Assembly (NCBI GenBank): GCA_944377435.1 | Contig: CALWEY010000052.1 | Span: forward strand, 1-55,107 | Direction of reading: 5' to 3' | DNA: 55,107 bases | Source: an uncultured Clostridia bacterium | GTDB lineage: Bacteria > Bacillota > Clostridia > Christensenellales > UBA1242 | Notes under the pieces: generated by a model | Told to the model about the DNA's origin: nothing | Database searches by the model: none | What the model saw: only the letters and a program-made list of their open reading frames with translations | Made by a program: the position numbers and the translations under genes | Part shown: positions 19,042 to 28,240 of the stretch, one piece after another | How positions within the stretch are numbered: position 1 is the first letter of the stretch | How the letters are laid out: the number at the start of each line of letters is the position of its first letter

Positions 19042-20226
19042 ATGGAACAATTAAATATAGGATTGTTTTTAGATACATTTTTCCCCATGATAGATGGTGT
19101 TATTATGGTTTTAGACAATTATGCAAAAAGACTAAATAAGATTGCTAATGTAACTGTTTTTTGTCCAAAACCAAACGATAAAAAATATAAGGGCGAATTT
19201 GAGTATAAAGTAGTAAGAAGCAAAAGAATAAAATTTTATCATTATGATTATAGTTTAGCTGTTCCTGTTTTTGATAAAAAATTTAAAAAAGCATTAAAAC
19301 AATCTAACTTAGATATTGTGCATATTCACTCGCCATTTACAATAGGAAAAATAGGATTAAAGTACGCAAAAAAGCACAATATTCCATGTATCGCGACACT
19401 TCATTCTCAATATAAAAAAGATTTTTATAAAGCAACTCATAGTAAAATATTAACAAATATATTGCTTAAAAATATTATGAAAGTGTTTAATGCTTGTGAT
19501 GAGTGTTGGGCTGTAAACGAAGAAATTAAAAAGTTATTTATAGAGGAATATAAGCTAAAAGCACCTTGCACTGTTCAATTAAATGGAACAGATATGTTGC
19601 CAGTTGAAAACAAAGAACAAGCCATAGAAGAAATAAACAAAAAATATAATATTGATGCAAATGAAAAAGTTTTTTTGTTTGTTGGACGACTTGTTGTACT
19701 CAAAAACATATTATTTATTGTTGATGCTTTAAAAATTTTAAAAGATAAAGGTTTTAAATTTAAAATGCTTTATTGTGGGAGTGGACCAGACGAAAATGAA
19801 CTTCGCAATAAAATAAAAAAGAATAGACTAGAAGAAGAAGTAACATTGTGTGGAAGAATAGAAGACAGAATAACAATGAGCAAAATATTTAACAGAGCAG
19901 ACTTATTTTTGTTTCCTTCTTTATACGATGCAAATTCTTTGGTTCAAATAGAAGCGTCAAGTCAAAAAACTCCAACATTGTTTTTAAGGGGGGCAAGAAC
20001 AGCAGGAACTGTTACAGAAGATGTAAATGGCTTTATAGGCGAAAATGACGCAAATAAATACGCACAAAAAATAATTGACATTTTTAATGATGAAAAACAT
20101 TACAATGAAGTTTGTGAAAACGCATATAATCAACTATATTTAACTTGGGATAAAATAGTAGAAAAAGTTTACAACGATTATTTGAGGTTAATAGAAGACA
20201 AGAAAACAAATAAAAAACACGAATAA
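19042..20226 (+). CDS. GT-B fold glycosyltransferase, family 4
   Basis: N-terminal FFPMIDGV, HIHSPF, and a C-terminal E-x7-E-like region (PSLYDANSLVQIEASSQKTP). Size is typical of the family (394 aa). Confidence 0.8.
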   Translation: MEQLNIGLFLDTFFPMIDGVIMVLDNYAKRLNKIANVTVFCPKPNDKKYKGEFEYKVVRSKRIKFYHYDYSLAVPVFDKKFKKALKQSNLDIVHIHSPFTIGKIGLKYAKKHNIPCIATLHSQYKKDFYKATHSKILTNILLKNIMKVFNACDECWAVNEEIKKLFIEEYKLKAPCTVQLNGTDMLPVENKEQAIEEINKKYNIDANEKVFLFVGRLVVLKNILFIVDALKILKDKGFKFKMLYCGSGPDENELRNKIKKNRLEEEVTLCGRIEDRITMSKIFNRADLFLFPSLYDANSLVQIEASSQKTPTLFLRGARTAGTVTEDVNGFIGENDANKYAQKIIDIFNDEKHYNEVCENAYNQLYLTWDKIVEKVYNDYLRLIEDKKTNKKHE

Positions 20227-20240
20227 ATCGTGTTTTTTTT
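20214..20240 (+). terminator. Intrinsic terminator with the stop codon in the loop
   Basis: ACACGA-ataaa-TCGTGT followed by T8. Confidence 0.75.
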
Positions 20241-20258
20241 ATTGTATTTTTTAACATA

Positions 20259-21818
20259 TTAATTTATTTTTTGTAATTTTTTATTTGCAACAAAAATAAT
20301 AAAATATAATAATGCAAAAAATATAAAAATTAAAATAGACAAAATAATTAAAAAATAATAAATAAGAGAAATATTAACATAAAAGTAAATAACCGTTGCT
20401 AGCATAACAAATATAAGTGGAATAAGTACAGATAAAAATGAACTTAATGACTGTTTAACAAGAACAGTGTCGTTTTGAGTTGTTAAATTTGGAAAACATA
20501 TATTCATAGCAATACCTAGCATGCAAAGAGTTAAATTGAAAAATAAAGAGAAGCCCAAAATCATCAAAAATAACCAAAAAGAAATGTTGTAACTAATTGT
20601 AAAAATAATTGACGAAACAAATATAAAAGGCAATCCAACTAAAAACGCAAAAGTAATTTTACTCCAAACTATTTGACTAAAAGACAAAGGTAAACTTTTT
20701 AAAACACTAAAATTTTGTCGTTCTATAGAAATTGAAACTGCTGAGATGTTTGCTGTTGAAAGAAGGAAACTAAAAGCAGTAATAATTACAATACTAAGTG
20801 TAATAGAGTTAATTGGCATAATTTCGCGAAGATTATAAATAAGAGATTTGTCAACAGCAAAGTAAATAGAAACACCAAGTAAAATTAAATATGCAAAAAG
20901 AGTGTTAAAAACATACATTGGACTTGAAAAATATTTTTTGCTCTCTTTACTTAAAAGCGATACAAAAATAGGTTTACTTTTGTAATGTATTTTAGATTTT
21001 GATGCGTTAGATGAGTTAAGTTCTGTGCACATTTTAAAAAATGTTACATAAACAAAATAATAGATAAATACACTTAAACAGCAAGCCAATAAAATATTAT
21101 ATAAAAGAAACAACACATTGTTTTGCGTAATTGAAATATAAAACCAATTTATCCAAGGCAGATATTTAATAAAACTTGTAGAGTTGGAATTTTGCATTAG
21201 GTCAAAAACATTTATTTGCATATAAAAATACATAAATAGACCAAAAAATATAAATAGTGCCAAAGTGGAGAATAAATTTTTATACTTAATTTTTTTTGTT
21301 ATAAAACTAGAAAAACAAGTTATAAGACAACTTAAACAAAGTGGAACAATAGGTTCAACAAAAAAGCCAAGCAAAGAACATATAAAACTTACAAAATTAA
21401 AACCGTTGTAAATATAGTATATAATAGTAAAAGGCACAACAAAAACAAATTGATACAAGTATCCTAAAAGTAAAATACTGATTAGTTTTGAAAGTATAAT
21501 TGTGCTCTTTTTTATTGGCATGCTAAAAAGTGTGTCGTTGTCTTTACTTTTATATAAAACATTAGAGCACGAACTAAAAAATAAAAATACAACAAAAAAA
21601 TTGGAAGCTAAAATTGAAAAGGCAATCAAAAATTCATAATTTGTTAAATTTGACTCTTTAAAAACCTGAACAAAGGAATAAGCATAAAAAGTGGAAAAAC
21701 CCAATAAAAATAAAAGAGCAAATAAAATTAAAAATTTATTTAGTTTAGACTGTTTTTTATTTGTTGGATTTATTGCTGATAAAAAATTTAGTTTTATTAG
21801 TGCTAAAAGATTATTCAT
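20259..21818 (-). CDS. Polytopic membrane protein, putative permease partner of the adjacent ABC ATPase
   Basis: It has 12 or more hydrophobic segments. The start at ATG 21818 overlaps the ATPase stop (ATGAATAA). The track ORF start at 21863 lies inside the ATPase gene. Confidence 0.7.
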   Translation of the reverse strand: MNNLLALIKLNFLSAINPTNKKQSKLNKFLILFALLFLLGFSTFYAYSFVQVFKESNLTNYEFLIAFSILASNFFVVFLFFSSCSNVLYKSKDNDTLFSMPIKKSTIILSKLISILLLGYLYQFVFVVPFTIIYYIYNGFNFVSFICSLLGFFVEPIVPLCLSCLITCFSSFITKKIKYKNLFSTLALFIFFGLFMYFYMQINVFDLMQNSNSTSFIKYLPWINWFYISITQNNVLFLLYNILLACCLSVFIYYFVYVTFFKMCTELNSSNASKSKIHYKSKPIFVSLLSKESKKYFSSPMYVFNTLFAYLILLGVSIYFAVDKSLIYNLREIMPINSITLSIVIITAFSFLLSTANISAVSISIERQNFSVLKSLPLSFSQIVWSKITFAFLVGLPFIFVSSIIFTISYNISFWLFLMILGFSLFFNLTLCMLGIAMNICFPNLTTQNDTVLVKQSLSSFLSVLIPLIFVMLATVIYFYVNISLIYYFLIILSILIFIFFALLYFIIFVANKKLQKIN

Positions 21819-22521
21819 TTTCGCTAAGCTCCAAAAAGATATTTTCAAGAGTGTCATCGCCAAGGATTTCTTTCATTGTGCCTTGCTTTACTATTTTGCC
21901 GTCATTTAAAATTATAACATGGTCACAAAGTTTTTCAGCAACTTCCAAAATATGAGTTGAAAAAAAGATTGATACGCCTAATTTTGTTAAATCTTTCATT
22001 ATGGTTTTTAGTTTGTGTGTGCTTGTTGGGTCAAGTCCAACAAAAGGCTCGTCTAGTATTATTAGTTTTGGGTTGTGCACGAGTGCAGAAATGATTGCAA
22101 GTTTTTGTTTCATTCCGTGTGAAAACGATGAAATTTGTTGCCCTAAATTATCCTTTATTTCAAACATTGACGCATACATTTCTATTCTTTGTTTTCGGTC
22201 TTCTTTGTTAATTTTGTAAATATCACAAACAAAATTCAAGTATGATATTGCCGTCATAAATTCGTACATACTTGGATTATCTGGAATATATGCAAATGTT
22301 TGTTTTGCTTCTATGGTTTGAGTTTTCATGTTCTTGCCGTTAACAATTATTTCGCCTTCATCAAAATCAATTATCCCGCAAACACATTTAATTGTTGTGG
22401 TTTTTCCAGCGCCGTTTTTTCCAATAAAAGCGCAAAGTTCTCCATCTTTAACCGTTAACGATAAATTGTCAACGGCTTTTTTTGTGCCATAAGTTTTTGT
22501 TAAATTTTTAATTTCAAGCAT
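21811..22521 (-). CDS. ABC transporter ATP-binding protein
   Basis: Walker A GKNGAGKTT, Q-loop, signature FSHGMKQKL, Walker B LIILDEPFVGLD, and an H-loop STH. Confidence 0.9.
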   Translation of the reverse strand: MLEIKNLTKTYGTKKAVDNLSLTVKDGELCAFIGKNGAGKTTTIKCVCGIIDFDEGEIIVNGKNMKTQTIEAKQTFAYIPDNPSMYEFMTAISYLNFVCDIYKINKEDRKQRIEMYASMFEIKDNLGQQISSFSHGMKQKLAIISALVHNPKLIILDEPFVGLDPTSTHKLKTIMKDLTKLGVSIFFSTHILEVAEKLCDHVIILNDGKIVKQGTMKEILGDDTLENIFLELSENE

Positions 22522-22623
22522 TGTTCCTCCAAAAGTTATTAAATTGATTATAGTGTATAGTTTCTTATATTTAAAGTCAAATATATAATATACTATTATA
22601 GTGAGTATAATTTTTTATGTTTG

Positions 22624-22652
22624 TTGACATACATTTTAATATGTTGTAATAT
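22624..22652 (+). promoter_or_regulatory. Sigma-A-type promoter for the P-type ATPase gene
   Basis: TTGACA (22624-22629), a 17-nt spacer, then TAATAT (22647-22652). Confidence 0.5.
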
Positions 22653-22684
22653 TTAATTATATTATATATTAAGGTAAAATAAGA

Positions 22685-25183
22685 TTGAAACTAAGAAAAA
22701 CATTTGACATTATAAGATATAATCCAACGGTTAGCGAGGGTCTTTTAACCGATCAAGTAAAAGAGCGTACCGAACATAAATTATTTAACAAAGTAAAGCA
22801 AAAAACAGGAAAATCTTTTTTTAGGATTGTTTTTGAAAATGTCTTTACATTTTTTAATTTTATATGGATTTTAATTTTTACAGCTCTTATGCTTGTTGAA
22901 AGTTACGGCGACTTATTGTTTATTGTTGTAATTTTTTTAAATACTTTAATTTCAATAATTCAAGAGTGCAAAGCAAAAGTTGTTGTTGACAAATTAAGTT
23001 TAGTAACAATGCCAAAAGTTAAGGTTATACGAAACGGTCAAACAATTGAAATGCAATCAGAAAAAATAGTTTTAGACGATGTTATATGTTTAGAAATAGG
23101 AAATTCAATTCCTGCAGATTGCGTTGTTTTAGATGGAAAATTGGAAGTAAACGAAAGTTTGCTTACAGGGGAAAGTGATGCAGTAAAAAAAGCCGAAGGC
23201 GACAAACTTTTAGCGGGAAGTTTTATAATAAGTGGTGCTTGCCACGCACGAGTTGACAAAATTGGCAAAGACAATTATATTCAATCAATTGCAAGTCAAG
23301 CCAAAAAATTTAAGAGCCCAAATTCAAGTTTAAACAAAGATTTAAACGCAATCATCAAATATATAGGAATAGCAATTATACCTGTTGGTGTTTTAATGTT
23401 TGTAAACAACTATTTTTCATATGATAATAGTTGGCAGTACGCTGTAACAAAAACTTGTGGTGCGCTTATTGGCATGGTGCCCGCAGGTATGTTTTTGCTT
23501 GTAACGGTTGCACTTGCTGTTGGAGTTATAAAGTTAAGTAAAAAACGAACGCTTGTTAAAGATTTGTACTCAATAGAAATGCTTGCAAGAGCAAATGTTT
23601 TGTGTCTTGACAAAACAGGAACTATAACAGACGGAACTATGCAAGTTAGCGAACTTATAGATTTAGATAGAATACAAGATATTTCAAATGCAGACATAAT
23701 TTCAAATATTTTATACACACAACAAACAAACAATTCAACATCAAATGCAATGCTCGAAGAGTTTGGAAAAAAGAACAATTTTAAGGTGCTGTACAATTTA
23801 GATTTTTCTTCAAAAAGAAAATGTACAGCAACAAGTTTCGAAAAATTGGGGACATTTGTTTTAGGTGCTCCCGAGTTTACAAAATGTAGACTTTCTAAAA
23901 AGATAAAAAATTTAATATACGAACACACTTCAAAAGGAAAAAGAGTGCTACTTCTTGCACATTCACAAAGTTTTTTAGATGAACAAGAAAAGTTGCCAAC
24001 CGACAGCACTCCGCTGGCACTTATAACAATTGAAGACCATATAAGAGACGATGCATATGAGACAATAGAGTGGTTTAAACAAAACAATGTACAAATAAAA
24101 ATAATATCTGGCGATAATCCAATAACGGTAAGCAATATTGCAAAAAGAGTGGGTGTGGAAAACGCTGATGCAAGTGTATCGCTTGAAGGCATGAGTTTAG
24201 TTGAAGTTGAAAAAATTGCAACAAACTTTACTGTTTTTGGCAGAGTTAGTCCAGAGCAAAAGCATACGCTTGTAAAAGCACTTAAAAAACAAGGATATGT
24301 TGTTGCAATGACAGGTGACGGAGTAAATGACACACTTGCATTAAAGGAATCCGATTGTTCAATTGCAATGGCTGATGGAAGTGAAGTGGCAAGAAATTTA
24401 AGTAATCTAGTTTTAATGGATTCAAAATTTTCTTCACTTCCAGCAGTGGTAAAAGAGGGCAGACAGGTAATAAATAATGTACAGCAATCATCTACATTGT
24501 TTTTAATGAAAACATTGTTTACAATACTGTTATCATTGTTTAGTATAGTAACAATGTCGGGATATCCTTTCCAACCCGTTCAAATGTTTTTACTTGAAAT
24601 GTTTGTAATTGGTCTGCCATCAGTTATTCTTGCACTTCAACCAAATACAAATCTAATAAAAGGCGATTTTATTCCTGTTGTATTAAAGCGCAGTATTCCT
24701 AGTGGTCTTTTGATGTTTTTAAATGTTTTTGGTGTTATTATACTTGCAAAATTTAATTTAATAAATGCAGAAGAATTTTCGACTTTGTCTACATTAGTTT
24801 TAATTTTTACAGGTTATATAAATTTATTTTTCTTGTGTTTGCCATTAACAAAGATAAGGGTAGGTTGTTTAATTTTGTCTTTTGCGTGCATTGTGATATC
24901 AATACTTGCAATGGGCGACTTCTTTGGAATGACGGCAATTAACATTAAGGTGGCAATTCTTCTTACTATATTTATGCTAATAGCAATTCCATTACACATT
25001 TTTATTCCAAGAATAATAAAGAAAATAGAATTAAGGATAAAACAACGACAAATAAATAATCAAGATAAAAAAACAAAATATAAGCGAAAAGCAGTTTATA
25101 TTGACAAGACACTAGAAAAATCTTCACAAAAATCAAACAGCGATGTAAATATTGAAGAAATAAATGTTGATGAAAAAAAATAA
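22685..25183 (+). CDS. Cation-transporting P-type ATPase (HAD-IC family)
   Basis: TGES actuator motif, DKTGTIT phosphorylation site, MTGDGVNDTLALKESD hinge, and 8-10 TM segments. There is no CPC/CPH heavy-metal motif. TTG start. The tail is Lys-rich. Confidence 0.9.
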   Translation: MKLRKTFDIIRYNPTVSEGLLTDQVKERTEHKLFNKVKQKTGKSFFRIVFENVFTFFNFIWILIFTALMLVESYGDLLFIVVIFLNTLISIIQECKAKVVVDKLSLVTMPKVKVIRNGQTIEMQSEKIVLDDVICLEIGNSIPADCVVLDGKLEVNESLLTGESDAVKKAEGDKLLAGSFIISGACHARVDKIGKDNYIQSIASQAKKFKSPNSSLNKDLNAIIKYIGIAIIPVGVLMFVNNYFSYDNSWQYAVTKTCGALIGMVPAGMFLLVTVALAVGVIKLSKKRTLVKDLYSIEMLARANVLCLDKTGTITDGTMQVSELIDLDRIQDISNADIISNILYTQQTNNSTSNAMLEEFGKKNNFKVLYNLDFSSKRKCTATSFEKLGTFVLGAPEFTKCRLSKKIKNLIYEHTSKGKRVLLLAHSQSFLDEQEKLPTDSTPLALITIEDHIRDDAYETIEWFKQNNVQIKIISGDNPITVSNIAKRVGVENADASVSLEGMSLVEVEKIATNFTVFGRVSPEQKHTLVKALKKQGYVVAMTGDGVNDTLALKESDCSIAMADGSEVARNLSNLVLMDSKFSSLPAVVKEGRQVINNVQQSSTLFLMKTLFTILLSLFSIVTMSGYPFQPVQMFLLEMFVIGLPSVILALQPNTNLIKGDFIPVVLKRSIPSGLLMFLNVFGVIILAKFNLINAEEFSTLSTLVLIFTGYINLFFLCLPLTKIRVGCLILSFACIVISILAMGDFFGMTAINIKVAILLTIFMLIAIPLHIFIPRIIKKIELRIKQRQINNQDKKTKYKRKAVYIDKTLEKSSQKSNSDVNIEEINVDEKK

Positions 25184-25208
25184 AACAGAAATTTCTGTTT
25201 TATTTTTT
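25183..25208. terminator. Bidirectional terminator between the ATPase and radC
   Basis: AAAACAGAAATTTCTGTTTT followed by TATTTTTT. Confidence 0.65.
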
Positions 25209-25911
25209 ATAAATTGTCTTTTGGAAATAAAATATTATTTTTAAACGAAAATAATCCATCTTCGCCAATTATAACATTGTCAATCATAATTATTCCAAGA
25301 GTTTCAAGCATAACTGCAATTCTTTCATTTGCATCATAATCTTTTGGAGATGGTGTTGCCTTTCCTAAAGGGTGATTATGTGCAATCATTACTGCTTTTG
25401 CTTTGTGTCTTAAAATAGTTTTTGAAAATTCTATCTTATTTATTTTAACTTCGCAAAGTTCTCCATCGGAAAGTTTTTTATATCCAGAAAAGGTATTGTT
25501 GTTACTTATAAAACCAACAATAACACATTCGCTTGCATACATTTCAAAAATGGGATTAAAAAAGTCGTAAATATCCTTGTAAGTTTTGCAAGAAAATTTT
25601 TTTGAGTTTTTATCTTTTAAGTAAAGATCAAAAATTTGTGGCAAATAGGTTATAGTTTTAGCGGTAACTTCTCCAACGCCACCTACATTCATTAAGTCAT
25701 ATGGGTCTGCATCTAAAATTTTAGATAGAGAACCAAATTCATTAAGAAGTTTGTGAGCAATAACATTAGTGTCGCACCTAGCATGAGTCATAGTTAAAAT
25801 TTGTTCAACAACTTGAACTTCACTAAGTGCTTCTAATCCTGCAGTATCTATTAAATTTCGTAGTCGTTTACGATGTCCGTTGTGCTCGTGAACATCTTTT
25901 GTATTATCCAT
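25207..25911 (-). CDS. radC: RadC-like JAB/MPN domain protein
   Basis: N-terminal HhH-like region and a C-terminal JAMM motif HNHPLGKATPSPKDYD. Confidence 0.85.
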   Translation of the reverse strand: MDNTKDVHEHNGHRKRLRNLIDTAGLEALSEVQVVEQILTMTHARCDTNVIAHKLLNEFGSLSKILDADPYDLMNVGGVGEVTAKTITYLPQIFDLYLKDKNSKKFSCKTYKDIYDFFNPIFEMYASECVIVGFISNNNTFSGYKKLSDGELCEVKINKIEFSKTILRHKAKAVMIAHNHPLGKATPSPKDYDANERIAVMLETLGIIMIDNVIIGEDGLFSFKNNILFPKDNL

Positions 25912-25928
25912 GTTTCGATTATATCACA

Positions 25929-25944
25929 CAAGCAAATTTGCTTG
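25929..25944. promoter_or_regulatory. Perfect 16-bp palindrome CAAGCAAATTTGCTTG in the radC/degV divergent region (candidate operator)
   Basis: Read directly. There is no loop, so a protein-binding site is more likely than a hairpin. It lies 8 nt upstream of TTGACA (25952-25957)-17 nt-TAATAC (25975-25980), which faces degV. Confidence 0.4.
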
Positions 25945-26008
25945 CAAGTGTTTGACAATATTACAGTGTTTATGTAATACTTTTAATATAGAACAGTATA
26001 GGTGATTT

Positions 26009-26845
26009 ATGAGAATAGGAATTAGTGCGGATAGCACATGCGATTTGCCAAAAGAATTTGTAGAAAAATATGATATAAGAATAAATGCAATGCCTTTTTC
26101 GCTTGGAGAAAATGATTTAAGACATGACGGTGTTACAGGGACAAGCAAAGATGTTTTTGATTATGTTGAAAGAACAGGTAAACTTCCAACAACTTCGGCA
26201 TATAACGAGTATGAATACACGGAGCACTTTAATAAAATAAAAAAAGATTATGATGCAATTATACATTTTTCTTTTTCTTGGGAAATTTCTTCAACGGGAT
26301 TAAATGCTCGAAGAGCAAGTGAAAACATGGAAAATGTTTATACAATAGATACTCAAAATCTTTCTTGCGGAATATCTTTGTTAATTCTTGAATGTTGCGA
26401 ATTAAGAGAACAAGGACTTGGTGTTAAAGAGATTATAGACAGAATAGAAAAATTAAAATCAAAAGTGCAAACTTCATTTTTAATAGACACATTAAAATAT
26501 TTACACAAAGGCGGAAGATGTAGCAGTGTTGCTTTAATAGGTTCAAAAATATTAAGCATAAAACCACGAATAAGCGTTATAAATGGAAAAATGGAAGTAA
26601 CAAAAAAATATTTAGGAAACATAAATAGTTGTTTGTTAAAATATTGTGAGGATATTTTAAAAGAAGTTCCGGCAAATAAAAAGAGAGTCTTTGTTGCATA
26701 CTCATCACCACTTGATGCAAAAGACAAAATTGTTAAAAAGTTAAAAGATTATGGCTTTGAAGAAATAATTGAAGCACAAACCGGACCATCTATTTGTATA
26801 CATTGTGGTAAGGGAACACTTGGAATAATATACTTAACAAAATAA
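26009..26845 (+). CDS. DegV family fatty-acid-binding protein (copy 1)
   Basis: Typical DegV N-terminus (IGISADSTCDLPKEFVEKYDI..MPF), TSAYN, and the GGRCS loop. Confidence 0.85.
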   Translation: MRIGISADSTCDLPKEFVEKYDIRINAMPFSLGENDLRHDGVTGTSKDVFDYVERTGKLPTTSAYNEYEYTEHFNKIKKDYDAIIHFSFSWEISSTGLNARRASENMENVYTIDTQNLSCGISLLILECCELREQGLGVKEIIDRIEKLKSKVQTSFLIDTLKYLHKGGRCSSVALIGSKILSIKPRISVINGKMEVTKKYLGNINSCLLKYCEDILKEVPANKKRVFVAYSSPLDAKDKIVKKLKDYGFEEIIEAQTGPSICIHCGKGTLGIIYLTK

Positions 26846-26856
26846 GGAGAAGGTTT

Positions 26857-27693
26857 ATGAAAATTTGTATATCTTGCGATAGTACTTGTGATATTCCAAA
26901 AGATTTATTACAAAAGTACGACATTCATTTGATGCCAATAACAATAATGCTTGGCACAAAAGAACATCATGATGGAATTGATGTTACACCAGAAGATATT
27001 TTCAATTTTGTAGATAAAACTAATGAACTTCCAAAAACTTCTGCTGTAAATGTTTATGAATATACAGAATATTTTAAAAAACTTAGACAAGAATATGATG
27101 CAATAATTCATTTTTCGCTTTCGTTTGCAATATCTTCAACGGGAAACAACGCAAGACTCGCAAGTAATGATGTTGACAATGTCTATGTTATAGATACAAA
27201 AAGCTTGTCAAGTGGCTCTGGTCTTTTAGCTCTTTCATGTGTTGATAAAATTAAAGAAGGCAAAGATATTAAAACCATTGTAAAAGAACTAGAAGAAGAA
27301 GCAAACAAAGTACAAGCATCATTTCTTCTTGATACGCTACGCTTTTTGCATAAAGGCGGTAGGTGTTCTGGTATAGCTCTTCTTGGTGCAAATGTGTTAA
27401 AAATAAAACCAAGAATAAGTTTAGTAGATGGAAAAATGCAAGTTACAAAAAAATATCGTGGAAATATTGAAGATGCATTACTAAAATATGCAGATGACTT
27501 ATTAAAAGAAGTGCCACCAAACAAAAAAAGAGTTTTTGTAACTTATTCTAGTCCTGTTGAGCCTACAAGAACAAAACTTCTTGAAAAACTAAAAAATTAT
27601 GGATTTGAAGAGGTATTAGAAAGCAGTGCCTGTGCAACAATATGTACACATTGTGGAAGAAAAACTCTTGGAGTGTTATATATAGCAGAATAA
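26857..27693 (+). CDS. DegV family fatty-acid-binding protein (copy 2, tandem paralog)
   Basis: Same length (278 aa) and collinear with copy 1: ICISCDSTCDIPKDLLQKYDI, TSAVN, LHKGGRCSGIALLGA. I estimate roughly half the residues are identical by eye. Confidence 0.85.
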   Translation: MKICISCDSTCDIPKDLLQKYDIHLMPITIMLGTKEHHDGIDVTPEDIFNFVDKTNELPKTSAVNVYEYTEYFKKLRQEYDAIIHFSLSFAISSTGNNARLASNDVDNVYVIDTKSLSSGSGLLALSCVDKIKEGKDIKTIVKELEEEANKVQASFLLDTLRFLHKGGRCSGIALLGANVLKIKPRISLVDGKMQVTKKYRGNIEDALLKYADDLLKEVPPNKKRVFVTYSSPVEPTRTKLLEKLKNYGFEEVLESSACATICTHCGRKTLGVLYIAE

Positions 27694-27695
27694 AA

Positions 27696-27720
27696 AGCGA
27701 CCGTGCTGGTCGTTTTTTTT
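27696..27720 (+). terminator. Intrinsic terminator after degV copy 2
   Basis: AGCGACC-gtgct-GGTCGTT followed by a T-run. Confidence 0.75.
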
Positions 27721-27782
27721 ATAACAAAACGCTACAATCCTTTAAAATAGTGGGGTTTAGCAACTTTTTTTGCAATTTTAGT

Positions 27783-27810
27783 TTGAAAATATAAAAAAAT
27801 GGTCTATAAT
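27783..27810 (+). promoter_or_regulatory. Sigma-A-type promoter for hup
   Basis: TTGAAA (27783-27788), a 16-nt spacer, then TATAAT (27805-27810). Confidence 0.6.
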
Positions 27811-27857
27811 ATAAATACTTAAAGGAATCTTTAAGAATAAACAAAAAGGGGACATAG

Positions 27858-28130
27858 ATGAACAAAGGAGAATTTATTAAAGCTATGGCTGATAAGGCTT
27901 CATTAACAGTTAAAGAAGCAGGCGTAGCATATGATGCTTTCGTAGGAGCAGTAACAGATGCTTTAAAACAAGGCGACAAGGTTCAACTTGTTGGATTTGG
28001 AACATTTGAAGTTCGTGAAAAAGCAGCAAGAGAAGGTATTAACCCTCAAACAAAAGAAAAGGTTAAAATTGCAGCTTCAAAAGCACCTGTATTAAAATTT
28101 GGAAAAGCATATAAAGATCTTTTCAACTAA
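27858..28130 (+). CDS. hup: Nucleoid protein HU
   Basis: 90 aa. MNKGEFIKAMADKA...GFGTFEVREKAAREGINPQTKEKVKIAASKAPVLKFGKAYKD is the canonical HU/IHF fold sequence. Confidence 0.95.
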   Translation: MNKGEFIKAMADKASLTVKEAGVAYDAFVGAVTDALKQGDKVQLVGFGTFEVREKAAREGINPQTKEKVKIAASKAPVLKFGKAYKDLFN

Positions 28131-28142
28131 TCTAAATTGTCT

Positions 28143-28176
28143 AAAAAAATCACCGCAAATGTGGTGATTTTTTTTA
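28143..28176 (+). terminator. Intrinsic terminator after hup
   Basis: ATCACCGC-aaat-GTGGTGAT followed by T8. Confidence 0.8.
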
Positions 28177-28240
28177 TATAAAAACATTGTAATCAAATAA
28201 ACGAAACAAGTTTATTGAATAATATTTAACTTTAAAATTA

